Of a stretch of DNA of 64,000 nucleotides, positions 1 to 13,865 are shown in pieces (the first letter of the stretch is position 1; each line of letters begins with the position of its first letter). The stretch is from the NCBI RefSeq assembly GCF_009914755.1, contig NC_060926.1; one strand, written 5' to 3'. Both the position numbers and the translations under genes were made by a program. Below the pieces are notes generated by a model. That model saw only the letters and a list, made by a program, of their open reading frames with translations, did not search any database and was not told where the DNA came from. This DNA is from the human T2T-CHM13v2.0 reference genome, Homo sapiens.

Positions 1-2437
1 AGAAGGGCATTACATAATGGGAAATAATTCAATTCAATAAAACCTAACTATCCTAACCATATATGCACATATAACACAGAAGCACCCAGATTTATAAAGT
101 TCTTAAGGACCTGTGAAGGATGTAATAACCACACAATAATAGTGAGAGACTTCAACACCCTACTTACAATTAAGTCATCAAGGCAGAAAACAAAGATATT
201 AAGGACCTGAACTCAACACGTGACCAAATGAAACCAATAGACATCTATGGAACTCTCCACCTAAAAGCAACAGAATATACACTCTTCTAATCTGCACAGG
301 GCACATGATGTAAAATTGACCACACAATTGGCCATAAAACTATCCAAAGCAAATTCAAAAAACAAAACAGAAACAAAAATTATATTATCCACACTCTCAG
401 ACCACAACACAATAAAAATAGAAATCAAAACTGAGAAAACTGCTGAAAACCATACGATTACATGGAAATTAAACAACATGTTCTTGAATCGCCTTTAGAT
501 AAATAATGAAATTATGGCAGAAATCAAGAAACTTTTTGAAAATAATGAGAACAAAAATATAACATACAAGAATCACTGGGACACAGCTAAAACAGTGGTA
601 AAGAGGGAAGTGTATAGTGCTAAACACCCAATTCTAAATGTTAGAAAGATCTAAAGTCCACAAATTAACATGACACCTGGAAGAACTAGAGAAACAAGAG
701 CAAACCAGTCCCAGAGCTAGCAGAAGACAAGAAATAACCAATATCAGAGGTGAACTGAAAGAGATAGAGATGCAAAAAAAATTAGAAAACAAAGTCAGGA
801 ATTTAGTTTTTGAAGAATAAATAAGATAGATAGACTGCTAGCTAGACTAATAAAGAAAAAAATAGAGAAGATCCAAATAAACGCAATGAGAAATTACAAA
901 GGGGATGTTACCAGTGATCTCATAGAAATATAAAAAGCCCTAAGAGACTACTGTGAACATTTCCATGCACACAAATTAGACAACTTAGAAGAAATTGATA
1001 CATTCCTGGAAACATAGTACCTCCCAAGACTGAAAAAGGAAGAAATCGAATCTCTGAACAGAACAATAATTGTTCCAAAGCTGAATCAGTAGGAAAAAGC
1101 CTACCAAGCAGAAAAACCCCAGGACTGGATGGATTCACAGCCGAATTCTACCAGATGTATAAAAAAGAGCTGGTAACATTCCTACTAAAACTATTCCAAA
1201 AAATTGAACAGAAAGAACTCCTTAACTCATTCAATGATGTCAGCATCATCCTGATACCAAAATCTGGCAGAGATACAACAAAAAAGAAAATATCCTTGAT
1301 GAACATAGATGCAAAAATCTTCAACAAAATACGAACAAACAGAATCCAGCAGCATATCAAAAGACAAATCCACCATAATTAAGTAGGCTTTATCCCTGGG
1401 ATGCAAGGAGGGTTCAACATACACAAATCAACAAATGTAATTAATTACATCAACAGAACTGAAAACAAATGTCACATGATCATCTCAATAGATGATGAAA
1501 ATACTTTCAATAAAATTCAACATCGCTTCTTGTTAAAAACCCTCAGCAACCTAGGCTTTGAAGAAAAATACTTCAAAATAAAAAAGGCATCCAGGGAAAA
1601 ACACAGCCAACAACCTACTAAATGAGCAAAAGCTGTAAGTATTCCCCCTGAAATCTGGAAAAACACAAAGACGCCCTCTCTCACCACTCCTGTTCAACAT
1701 AGTACTGGAAGTCCTAGCCAGAGCAATTAGACAAGAGAAACATAAATGGCATCAAAATAGGAAGACAAGATGTCAAACTATCCCTTTTTGCAGAGGATAT
1801 GATTCTCTACCCAGAAAACTCCATAGTTTCTGCCCCAAAGCTCCTTGATCTGATAAGCAAGCCCAGCAAAGTTTCAAGATACAAAGCCAATGTACAAAAA
1901 TTAGTAGCATTCCTATACACCAACAACATCTAAGCTGACAGTCAACTCAAGAACCCAATCCCACTCACAGTAGTCACAAAAAGAATAAAATACTAGGAAT
2001 ATAGCTAAACAGGGAGGTGAAAGGTCTCTACAATGAGAATTACAAAACACTGCTCAAAGAAATCAGAGATTACTCAAACAAATTGAAAAAACATTCCATG
2101 CTAATGGATAGGAAGAATCAATATTATTAAGATGGCCATATTACCTAAAGAAATTTATAGATTCAATGCTATTCCTATCAAACAAATAATGCCATTCTTC
2201 ACAGAACTAGAAAAAAAACTATTTAAAAATTTATATAAAACCAGAAAAGTACCTGAATCACCAAGGCAATCCTAAGCAAAACAAACAAACAAACAAACAA
2301 ACAAAACAAAGCTGGAAGCATCACATTACCCAACTTCAAACTGTAATACAAAGCTGTAGTAACCAAAATACCACAATACCTGTATAAAAACAGACACATA
2401 GACCAGCACAACAGAACAGAAAACTCAGAAATAAAGA
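1..2437 (+). mobile_element. Older primate L1 (L1PA-old/L1PB-like) ORF2 fragment, endonuclease through RT, degenerate; runs off the left edge and lacks a 3' UTR
   Basis: ORF-track peptides match L1 ORF2p RT ([18 protein letters not shown]..., [32 protein letters not shown]). Multiple stops and frameshifts. Similarity ends abruptly near 2437. Confidence 0.93.
2277..2310 (+). repeat. (CAAA)n microsatellite inside the L1
   Basis: caaaacaaacaaacaaacaaacaaacaaaacaaa read directly. Confidence 0.9.
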
Positions 2438-2444
2438 GACTTTC

Positions 2445-3330
2445 TTTGTTGTGAATATGAGCTCTGGGGCTACTGATTTTCCTCTAAGCACTGCTCTACC
2501 TGTAGCCAACACATTTTTACATATGATGGGTTTCAGTTTAAATTCAAATTAAAACGTTTTCAAATTTCACTCCATTTGCTCTCTGAGTTATGGTAGTTAA
2601 AAATTATATTGTTTTACTTCCAAATATCTGGGAATTCTCTTTTATTGATTTTTTGGTTTAATTCCCTTTCCCAGAGAACATGCTTTTATTATTTATTCTT
2701 TTAATTGTTTTAAGTTTGTTGGTAGTTTTTCTATGGTCCAGAATATTGTCTATCTAGCTGAAGGTTCTGTGTACCTGAAGATAACAAGCAATCTATTTTG
2801 AATGGAAATGTTACATAAATATAGGTAAGGTTATGTTAGTTGATAGTTCTATTCAGATAATTTAGACTCTTACTGATCTTATCTCTATTTGTCTTATTTA
2901 GTATTGAAAGAGGATTGGTAAAGTCTCCAAAAATAATTCAAGAATTGGCTATTTCTATCAGTTTTTCCTTTGCGTATTTTGAAGCTCCCATAAATTGGCA
3001 ATTTTATGTATTTTTTTCATTTCTGATAAGATTAATTTTGCTGGGTTCTACTTTTTCTAGTAATAATATGTAATAGCATAAATACTTTAGCTGTCTTTTA
3101 ACTAATTATGGCATGATACATATTTACCTCCAATTTATCCATATTTTCTTTCTATTTAAAGTGGTTTTAAAGCATAGCATTAGACCTTGTTATTTTATAT
3201 GATCTGCCAATCCCTGCACTTTATTTGGATTTTTAGACTATTTGCTTTAATGCAACAATTGATATTACTAGATTTAAATAAACTATAATCTTAGTTGTTT
3301 TCTACTGTTCTTTTTGTTCCTTTTTCCTGT
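2445..3330 (-). mobile_element. Old L1M ORF2 fragment
   Basis: Antisense L1 endonuclease-region motifs (ttttcctctaagcactgct..., gaaagaggattggtaaagtctcca...). T-rich and highly diverged. Confidence 0.7.
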
Positions 3331-3338
3331 TTGCTGTT

Positions 3339-3787
3339 TGTATTAGGGTTCTCTAGAGTGACAGAACTAATGAAATAGATAAATAGATAGACATATAAAG
3401 TGGGGTTTATCAGATATTAACTCACACGATCACAAGATCCCACAAAAGGCCATTTACAGGCTGAGGAGCAAGGAGAGCTAGTCCAAGTTGCAAAACTGAA
3501 GAACTTGGAGTCTGATGTTCCAGGGCAGGAAGCATCCAGCATGGGAGAAAGATGTAGGCTGGGAGGCTAGGCCAATCTCTCTTTTCACATTTTTCTGCCT
3601 GTTTTTCATTCTAGCTGCGCTGACAGCTGATTAGATGGTGCTCACCCAGATTAAGGCTGGGTCTGCCTTTTCCAGCCCACTGACTCAAATGTTAATCTCC
3701 TTTAGCAACACCCTCACAGACACACCCAGGATCAATACTTTGTATCCTTCAATCCAATCAAGTTGACACTCAGTTTTAACCATCACA
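3339..3787 (-). mobile_element. MLT2A (HERV-L) LTR, the 3' LTR of a truncated provirus
   Basis: tgtattagggttctctagag ... caatccaatcaagttgacactcagttttaaccatcaca matches the reverse complement of the recalled MLT2A consensus. TG...CA termini. Confidence 0.92.
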
Positions 3788-4115
3788 AGTCCACCTCTTG
3801 TCAACTTGAATATATACACATCTTCTGAGATCATGCATAATCTTCAAATAAAGACAACAATAAGGTCATAATTATGCCTAACATAATACAACTATCCTTC
3901 ATACAATCAGAAACACACTAATCCCCAACCCAAATACTATTACATAAAGTTAACTATACTTAAATGCTGATATGAAGTCAATAAATCTTATGTCACATGA
4001 TAAAGGAGAAAGGAAATAAAATGAGCATATTTTCTTAGTGCAAGTGTATACATGCACAAGCATGTTTTTAACAAAAGAAGGAGGAAATACTCATGACAAT
4101 TACAATCCTTGTCTT
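3788..4115 (-). mobile_element. HERV-L internal 3' end with polypurine tract, truncated
   Basis: On the minus strand caagaggtggact (PPT-like) abuts the LTR start TGTGATGG. The adjoining sequence (...aaaagaaggaggaaatactcatgacaattaca) matches the recalled HERVL-int 3' region. Confidence 0.8.
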
Positions 4116-4636
4116 GCAGTCTAGTGGGAAAAACCAGGGAGGCAGGTAGTGCTCACATAAAAAAAAACCAACAGCATCTTTTATAATTTGTTATTAGGTG
4201 CCATTGAAATACATGTCTTCCGATTTTCATTACAATTTTCATCAGGTATAAGTTAAAAGGTGTGGAGAATATAATTTATTGCTATAAAATAAGTAAAAAA
4301 GACAATAAAGTATTTAAACTGGAGAAATAAGAGTTGAAGGCTAATTGAGACTGAAATGATCATTTTTATTGATAAAATATACAGTCATTTGACAACGGGT
4401 AGCTGAATTAGGGAAGAAATACTTTTTAGAACTAACATAAAAATGAGTGACCAAATCATATAATTTAATGTACTGGAATCATAGAAAAGCCCCACAAAAA
4501 TTAAAAATCATACACACACATTCAGGAACAGGTTTAGACATTTAGGCAGATGTTGAAATCTTAAATGAACTAGTGGGAGAGAAAGAACCATTGTTTAAAA
4601 GACAATGAACTAAAAAGAGTCAAAGGGATACTGACA

Positions 4637-4835
4637 GTGTGTGCACACACACATGCACACACACCTCTATATGCACACATATACATATACTTATATATAT
4701 ACACATATAGTATTTTTACTAACACATATGTATATGTATTTACTATATATATGTGTGAATATATATCAATATATTAATTACATTAATACATATATAATGT
4801 GTATATATACATTATATATAATGACAAGTAATACA
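4637..4835. repeat. (CA)n/(TA)n low-complexity tract
   Basis: Degenerate alternating purine-pyrimidine dinucleotides. Source of the spurious ORF 4641-4877. Confidence 0.85.
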
Positions 4836-5139
4836 TTGTATATAGTTATTTCTTTTTTTCAGGAGAAGTTGGAGTAGTTGTTTGAAAGGAGCAAGGAGAA
4901 ATCACTACTTTCTCAGGATATTATGGATAGGAGGAAAACATATAAAAGGCACAATTTTATAATTTGTATTGTTTTCCTAAGGGAAACTTACCAAGATTTT
5001 GTTTTCTGTTATGTGTCTTCATTGATTGAAGTAATACTTAAAAAAGTACATCAAAATATTTAAACTAAATCTACCCCCAAGGAAGAAAAGAAAATTTTCT
5101 CAAGTCGGAAAAAAATCTGGAAACTTCTATTACAGAATA

Positions 5140-5388
5140 GCAATGAGAAGTGACATTTTTGTTGAATGTTTAATATGTTTGAGAAACTCTTCTGAGAACT
5201 TACATATATTAACTAATTTAATCTACACACAAAAACTTATAACTATGCTTATGCTATTTTTTGATTGTTTATATGAGACAACTGAGGCCATAGATCTGAA
5301 GCAAGTTTTCTAATGTTACTTCACTCATTATTCGTAGATGCTAAATTCAAATGCAAACATAATAGTTCTTAAGTTCTTTAACACTTTG
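5140..5388 (-). mobile_element. MIR SINE
   Basis: MIR core-like atatgagacaactgaggccatagatctgaagcaagttttctaatgttac, preceded by the typical ...atttaatct... segment. Confidence 0.65.
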
Positions 5389-5390
5389 TA

Positions 5391-5732
5391 CAGTTGGCTG
5401 TCAGTATCTGTGTGGTGTTGTTTCCAGGGCTCCCTGTGGATATAACAATTCATGGATGCTCAACTCCTTCATATAAAATGGTGTAGTATTTGCATATAAC
5501 CTATGCACATTCTTGCATATACATTAAATCATCTCTAGATTACTTAATACCTAATACTATGTACATGCTATATAAATAGTTGTTATGCTTCATTGTTTAG
5601 AGAATAATAATAAAGAAAAAAGTCTGTACATATTCTGTGTAGATGCAATCATCCTTTTTTCCCCCAAATATTTTTAATCCACACTTGCTTGAATCCAGAG
5701 ATGTAGGACTCACGTTTACAGAGGGCCGACTA
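5391..5732 (+). mobile_element. MER2 (TcMar-Tigger) non-autonomous DNA transposon
   Basis: Terminal inverted repeats cagttggc.../...ggccgacta flanked by TA dinucleotides. Internal atataaaatggtgtagtatttgcatataacct is characteristic of MER2. Confidence 0.9.
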
Positions 5733-5835
5733 TATATACTACTATTCATATAGTTGTCGCGTGAATCTTCCTCATGGTAGTATTAGAATTTTAGATTATT
5801 TGTATCTGCATAGTTGGAATAGTGTATGTTTTAGT

Positions 5836-6015
5836 TAGCCTCCAGAGTAGCTGGGACCACAGGTACACACCACCACACCCAGCTAATTTTTGTATTTTTT
5901 GTCAAGAAGGGTTTTCACCATGTTGCCTAGACTCGAACTCCTGGGCTCAAGAGATCCTCCCACACCTCAGCCTCCCAAAGTGCTGCAATTACAGGGGGGA
6001 GCCACAGTGCCCCGC
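5836..6015 (-). mobile_element. Partial AluJ (left arm plus part of right arm)
   Basis: ctcctgggctcaagagatcctcccacacctcagcctcccaaagtgctg, with J-type diagnostic sequence. Confidence 0.88.
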
Positions 6016-6869
6016 TTCTAAAGTTAAATTTAAAATATTCCTACGCCTTAACTCTCAGTTGTGGAACTTTTAGGTATATATCTTTTATTAATCCCTGTTC
6101 AACATTTTTTTTTCTTTTTTCACAACACAGGAAAGAAATGTGACTATGCTTTTTGGGAGGCTATTAGGTTTTCTAACTGGGATTTTAAAAAATAAATTGA
6201 ACAAATATGAAACAAGAGCCATAATAGAATGTAGGTATTATCTAGTCTATAATTTCATTTGATAGTGACAAAAATTAAGATCTCAACAGGTTACATATTT
6301 ACTTATAAGCATATAAGCTAATTAAATAAGAGCAGAATGTAATATTCTGTTGTCTACTTAAGTAATGAAGCTTTGTATTCCACAGACGTTTTGTTGTTCA
6401 TGTTATTTTGTAGACATTATTTGTGTGATTCTGCAGATGTTTTATTATTCATGAAAAATAATCATGCAATTTGTCCCATAGTTTTAGGAATCTTTAGTTC
6501 TTTTCAAATTCCAGCTCTTCAAAATATATACATGCCAAGTTAATCTATTGTAATGAACATGAAGAGATAAAGACTTTGCCTCAGGCAGCTAAACAGATTA
6601 TATTTGAAATTATTATTTTAGAGTTATTTTTAGAAACATATGAAATAAATACTCTTCAAAACCCCTGCCAATGCACATTAAACCTCAAAACAAATTGTCA
6701 TCATATAGCAACAGTACAATCCACAAAAGAAAAGCTGTTTCTTTGATATTTTAGAAAATTAATATTGTAATTATTATTGTTCAAATATCCAAATAGTACT
6801 CGCTTATACATTCTATATTAAAATGTCTCCACAAGGTACCATGGCACACCTCAGAAATTACTATCCTCA

Positions 6870-7960
6870 CAGATATTTCTCTAAGTACCACATACTTATA
6901 TTTTTATACTGGATTTTGATTTTACATAAATTGAATTATATTTTGGAACTCTTCCACTGTATGAAAAATAGGTCTATCATTTTTTTAAGTACGGCAGAAT
7001 GTTCCTGAAAATTTTTCCTTATAATAGATATTACTCTGTTCCAAATATTCTCTATTTTATAAAATGCTGCAATGGATGTTCTTGAACACATAACTTTATA
7101 TTTTCGTGCCAGTATTTCTGATAAATAGAAAACATGTAATTGGTGGATAAAATGATATGCATTTTATATTTGGTAGCCAAGTCACCTGAAAGGGCTATTC
7201 CATGTAAACTTTCAGCAATTGTCTATGCAATGAGTGTTTTCTCATAACCTTGCCAATTATCAAGTATTTTTTAATTGGTTTAATGGTATTTCACAGGTTT
7301 CTTAATTTGAATTTCAGAGATCATTTGAGATATTGAACACTTTTACTATGTTTGTTTAGTTTATGGGTCATTGTATTACTTCTTATATTAACTGACTCAT
7401 GTCCATAGTTATTGACAGTTCATAACACTTGCCCCCATTTATTCTGTGGGACTGAGCCCTTATTGTTTTGAAACAAAAATTTATATAATTGTGTTCCAAT
7501 TTATTATTTGTAGCATATATTGCAAATAAACTATTCCAGTCTTTTTTTTTCAGGATGTCTTGTTTTTCTAAATGCTTTTATTATCTTTGCCACCTAAATG
7601 TTGATTTACTTTATATAATTAAACCCATCAATCCTTTCTTTATAAATTCTGGGTGGTTTGTCTTCTTGTTTATCAAGGCCAAAAATATTGTTTAAATGTC
7701 TGTATCTATACTATATATTAATATCTTTAATTGTATATATCTACAAACATAGACTAGTGTATATGTAAGTGCTGTTGTCTGTGTATGTGTGTATACTCTT
7801 GTGAGCTGTTTCATTCACCTGGAATTGATTTTTGTATATAAAAAGTATATATAAAAACTTTATTTTTTTCTCAAATTGTGAGTCATGGTTTTAATATAAT
7901 TTAATATAGCCCATAATATTTACCTGTAATATATATAAATCCTCATATATACGTGAATTT
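6870..7960 (-). mobile_element. Ancient L1ME-like fragment
   Basis: Diverged antisense L1 3' motifs (aatgctgcaatggatgttcttgaacac, gttttcttaatttgaatttc, cacctggaattgatttttgtata). Confidence 0.6.
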
Positions 7961-9447
7961 TCTGTCCAGTTTAGTTTTTGGCTAATTTTATTATATGAAT
8001 TGAAAGCAGAATGCTGCAATAAAAGATTCCACCTAAAAAGCCTGCAGGGGATTTTTAGCCTACTTCCTGCCAGTTCAGGCTTTTGTAGTTAGAGTATAGG
8101 TTAAATTATCACAAGTATTTTTAGGCTGGGATTGCAGATTTCTTGGTAGTGAATTTTCTGTTAAAACTTTAAAAGAATCCAGTTGATTTGTTTCAGGTAA
8201 GTTCTATAGTAAAATAAGCACAGCCAAAACATCTGATCATAATTTTTGAACCTAAATATTCTTTTTTATTTAAAGTTGTCTTTTCTTGGCCTTTGAGTCT
8301 CTGTCTTCTTGAGTCCATCTGTGACCATGGGCCTCGAGAAGATTTAAAAAAATCATGACAAAATCATAAGAAGGCAAATAAATAATAGGATCTTTGCCTC
8401 TTTGCTTGCATCTGTTATAGCCAAGAATATTGCTTTGGAGGTCCTCCCAGAAGGCTCTAAAATATTTTCTTTTCCTATTTATTATTATTATTTTTTAATC
8501 AATTTTCTTTTCCAAGCCTTTGATGTACCAAATTAGTGGACTCCTAGTCAGTTTAGATAATAGACCCCATGCAGAGAGCTACCCTTCACAGAACTGTATT
8601 CCTTTCCGTTTTCTCTGCAATTGTCTAATTCTTCTCAGAGGTCCTCTCTGTTACCAAAAGCTGTAGATACAGCCACTATGTCCCAATATTCTGGTGGTTA
8701 GATAACAAGATCCATTGCTCCAGAGTCATTTAGTCTGATTTCCAAATCATAACAGATGAGTGTTATATGTACCAAAAGTTTTGCCAAGGCATAACCAGAG
8801 CCATTACTTTTTAGCATGCAGTAACTTCTGTCACTGTCATGTTCAACTGAATTCTCATTGTTTTGTCAATGCTTTAAAAATTAGTAACTTATAAAATAAA
8901 TCTGTAAGAATATTCTATTGTCATTTCAATAGAACAGTAAGGTAAACAAATACATGTTATCCAATATTGCTATGTCCACAAGGAAATATATCATTTAGAA
9001 AGATAACACTGCCCATCTATATTAGTTAAAAAATATCACAGTTTTAGACTACAAAGCCTTTTGAGATCATTTTCTCCTTATCTCTTATTTCAGATATGAT
9101 CAGTTTGAGACCTTGTGCTGTTAACCAGAAACCTTAAATCATGTAGTGATCATGACACGATTGGCCTAAATTTAAGTCTTTGTATCGTTAAAGAAGTTTG
9201 TGTTTACATAAAATATTCAGCTTACCACTTTCAAATTGATTTCACATGGCCAAGTAAATAGAGTTCAGAGAATTAATATTTTCTGTTCAGCCCAAAGACT
9301 GGAAGAAAACCTAAGAATGAACCCTGGATTACCAAATAATATGAAAAAATATACAATGCTATTTATAATGAAACAAACTATTCCTATACCAAGAAGTCAC
9401 GCTTTTGAAGAGGCTATGCTTCTTTCAGAATAAAAAATATTGATTCC

Positions 9448-9583
9448 AGCTGGGCGCAGTGGCTCACATCTGTAATCCCAGTACTTTGGGAGGCCGAGGC
9501 GGGAGGATCACTTGAACCTGGGAGTTTGAGACTAGCTTGGGCAGCATAGTATGACCCTGTATCTATTTTAAAAAAAAGAAAAG
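9448..9583 (+). mobile_element. FLAM_C / free left Alu monomer
   Basis: Single monomer agctgggcgcagtggctcac...gaccctgtatcta plus A-tail. TSD aaaatattgat at 9434-9444 and 9584-9594. Confidence 0.88.
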
Positions 9584-12500
9584 AAAATATTGATAGCTGG
9601 TTGGACTGTATTGTTCATCATCCTTGTCCAAATTCACTGCCGATGCCTAAGAACTATGTCATCTTTAATCAATTTATGAAAAGATTAAATATCACAAAGA
9701 AAAATAAAAGTTACACTTCTGCAAAGGAAGTGAAAAAGTATATAAAGGTACAATTGCAGTTGAGAAGTATTATGAAGTTGCTTATCAAAGGGAAGATTCA
9801 CTGCAGAATGTTGCAATCTACAGTGTAAAATAAAGTCTAATGTATTCTTTTCCTTGGCAATTCATATTGGATTATACCCTGTCACAATCTTTTTTAGAAA
9901 GATTTAATAAGGATTTATAATAGGGAAAAAAGATTTTAATTACTATCTCTCAGATGAGAGATTTTTTCCATTTTAAGACAGATAATTTAGGTCAAACTAT
10001 ATAATATAGTGTGTTTTAATTCCATTCCTATAAATGGTGTTATTTCAATATTTCACAGAACTATTCATGGGTAAAATTTCTTCCCCTTGTAAGTAGAGTG
10101 AGCTACCACAGAGGTATAGAATAAAAAGAGAGAGAGGCAGAGACAAGAGAGAGAGAAGAGTACTTACTTTATTGTCTGGGATGTTTTACTGATAAAGAAC
10201 AGAAATACTGTACCTCCTCTCTGAAAAAATTCACAATTATAGTATTTCCTCAATATTAGTAGTAATTGGCTTGTTTATAACTTTAGTAACTTATAATCAG
10301 TGAAGAAACAAACAAATTGCATTATGCCAATATTTTCTTAATATAAATAATTAAAATTGGAGGCCAAACCAAAATAGAAACTTTATGTTCTTAAACAAAA
10401 ATGTAAATGGGTAAATATTTAAAATATTTGTTAGTAAATATTGCAATAAAAAACCCCCACCACAAAATTTGTACTCACTCAGTGCATTTTCAGTAAATGA
10501 AGGAATGAACTGAACACTAAACTATTTGACTGGTTTTTCAGCCCAGTGATTTTCAGACATTAAAGAATTTCAGTTGAAATTGTAGTATTTAGATCTGGTT
10601 GTGTTTGGCTCAGGAAATATTCATAGCTTTATAGAAATCCAGTGCACTTCCTCAAACACCACCAGCTCATGGTTCACATGTCAATCAACTGGAGTTGGAG
10701 ATAAAGAGGGAATTTGTAAAGGCCCCATTGAATGCTGCTGGCAGCCGCAAACACATAACTACAAAGAGTATTAGGAACCATTCTGTTTACAGCAATTAAC
10801 TGGACCCAAAGCCCTGTCAGCAGTTCCGGTTGTGTGGCCCTTCTTTGTGTCTGTTCTTTAATATTCAAAACTTGTTCAAATAGTGTGAAAAATTGAGTAC
10901 ATCCCCCTGCTGCAACTGATACATACGATAAACTCAGAAGCTACAGCTAGAATGATGCATATTAACGCATCCAGTAGCTATCAGCAAATGGAATGTGTGA
11001 CAGAAAGCAGTGGCTTCATGGAAATTTAGTGCTAGCAAATTTATTTATCTTCAGGTTGAAACATAAATTTTAATAAAAATCCTCAAGCCAGCAACTAACT
11101 GGCCATCCAGCTGATAGCATTTAACAGTGCTAAACTCATTCTCTTAATAATACAGTGAACGTTGGCTCTCAGTTTTAACATTAAAAGCCATATGACTGAG
11201 CCCTATTTTGTACTTTTTAAAACCAAGTGACCATGTAAGGGAGCAGGGAAGGTGTTAGCTATGTGTGCCAATATCAAATAATTGGCAGAGCACTCCAGTG
11301 CTGCCTGTGGTTAGTGTGAATTAGTGGATGTTTTTCACTTGAAATCCCCAAGATCATCCTCTTTGCACATGTGGTTCCTTTCCTCCTTGCAGCTTAAACC
11401 CACCACGTACCACCTCAAAAAATTGCCACAGTGACCCCAAACTGCTACCAGCCATTAATATATTTGTTTTCTAAAATATCTTAGATCTTTATTTAGTCTA
11501 CCAAAGCTTCATTTGATACTTAATATACAGAAAGAAAATTATCCTTTTATTGATTTACGGGATCACAAGAATATTAAGAACTGGTTCAATATTCCAAAGA
11601 AGATACTTATCATAGAGCAGGAATTGATAAACTAGTGTGAGAAACAGTCTCACTTTACCCTAACAGGTACGGTGACTTCATTTTCCTAGAAAAAGAATGA
11701 AGTGTAACTCCTATGTTCTTAGTTTGTATGTTTCAAAATATTTGATTAAATTATTTATAGTTTATTCACAAAGTTGTGTAATCATCACCATGGAAAGAAA
11801 TACTGCATCCATTAGCAATTACTCCTCATTCCCTCCTGCCTACAACTCCTGGCAACCACTATTCTACTTTCCGTCTCTATGCGTTTACCTAGTCTGGACG
11901 CTTCATATAAATGAAATCATGTCTTGTGGTATTTCATGTCTGGATTCTTCCAATTAGTTTAATATTTTCATGGTCAGCCATGTTATAGAATGTATCAATA
12001 CTTCATTTTATTTTATGGCTGAAAAATATTTCACTGTATGGAGAGACATGACTTAGTTTATGAATTTATTAGTTAATGGGCATTTTGGGTTGTTTCCATC
12101 TTTTTGCTATTATGAATAATTCTGCCATAAACATGTGTAACAATGTTTATAAATATACATTTTCATTTTTCTTGGGTATACACCTATGTCTGGAATTGCT
12201 GAGTCATATGATAATTCCATATTTAAGGTTTTTGTAGAACTAACAAAGCATTTTCCAAAGATGTTGCTCCATTTTACATTCCCACTAAAAATATATGAGA
12301 GTTCCAAGTTCTCCACATACTTTTCATCACTTTTTATTCTCTGATTTAAAGAAAAAATCTTAGTCATCCCTTGGGTTTGAAGTAGTGTTTCATTGTGGTT
12401 TTGATTTGCCTTTTCTTGGATAACTAATAATATTGTGCATCTTTTCATGTGATCTGATTATTGACCATTGATATATCTTCTTTGTAGAAATCTGTTTGGG

Positions 12501-12612
12501 GTCCTGTGTCCATTTTTTTGCATTTATTACTTTTTTATTTTTGTGGGTACATTGTAGGTGTATATATTGATGGATTAGATGAGATATTTTGATACAGGCA
12601 TGCAATGTGTAA

Positions 12613-12994
<382 letters not shown>

Positions 12995-13865
12995 TCTTCT
13001 GGTTGTTTTCAAATGTACAACTAAATTATTTTGAATATAGTTACCCTGTTGTGTTAGCAAATACTAGGTCTTATTTATTCTTTCTAACTATTTTTTGGAC
13101 CCATTAACCATCCTCACTTCCACCAACTTCCCACTTCTCTAACCCAGCCTCCAGTAACAATCCTTATACTGTCTATCTCTCTGAGATGAATTAGTTCAAC
13201 TTTTAGCTCCTACAAATAAGTGAGAATATGCAAAGTTTACCTTTCTGTGCCTGGCATATTTCACTTAACATATTGACTTCCAGTTCTATCCATGTTGCTG
13301 CCAATGACAGGATTTCATTTTTATGGCTGAATAGTACTCCATTGTATATATTTATTATTATAATTTCTTAGTCATCTATTAATAGACACTTAGGTTGCTT
13401 CCAATTCTTGGTGTTGTGAATAGTGCTGGAAGAAATATGGGAGTGCAGACACCTCTTCAGGATAGTATTTTTTTTTTCCTTTGGGTTATATACCCAGAAA
13501 TGGGATTGCTGAACTTTACAGTATATCTAGTTTTAGTTTTTTGAAGAATCTCCAAACTGTTCTCCATAGTGTCTGTACTAATTTACATTTCCACCAACAG
13601 AGTGTTAGGGCGCCCTTTCAGCTTTTGTTTGTCTGGGAAAGTCTTTATTTCTCCCTCACGTTTGAAGGATTTTTTTTCAGATATACTCTTCTAGGGTAAA
13701 ATTTGTTTTCTTTGCAGTGTGTTAAGTGTGTCATGCCACTCTGCTGGCCTTTAAGTTTTCCATGGAAAAGTCTGCTGCCAGATGTATTGGAATTCCATTA
13801 AATGTTACCTGTTTCTTTTCTTATGCTGCTTTTAGGGTCCTTTCTTTATCCTTGACTTTTGGGAG

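Noticed and set aside
8300-8870. Possible MaLR internal (MLT1-int-like) fragment
   Set aside because: Only one short stretch near 8775-8830 resembles the recalled consensus, which is too weak to call without a search.
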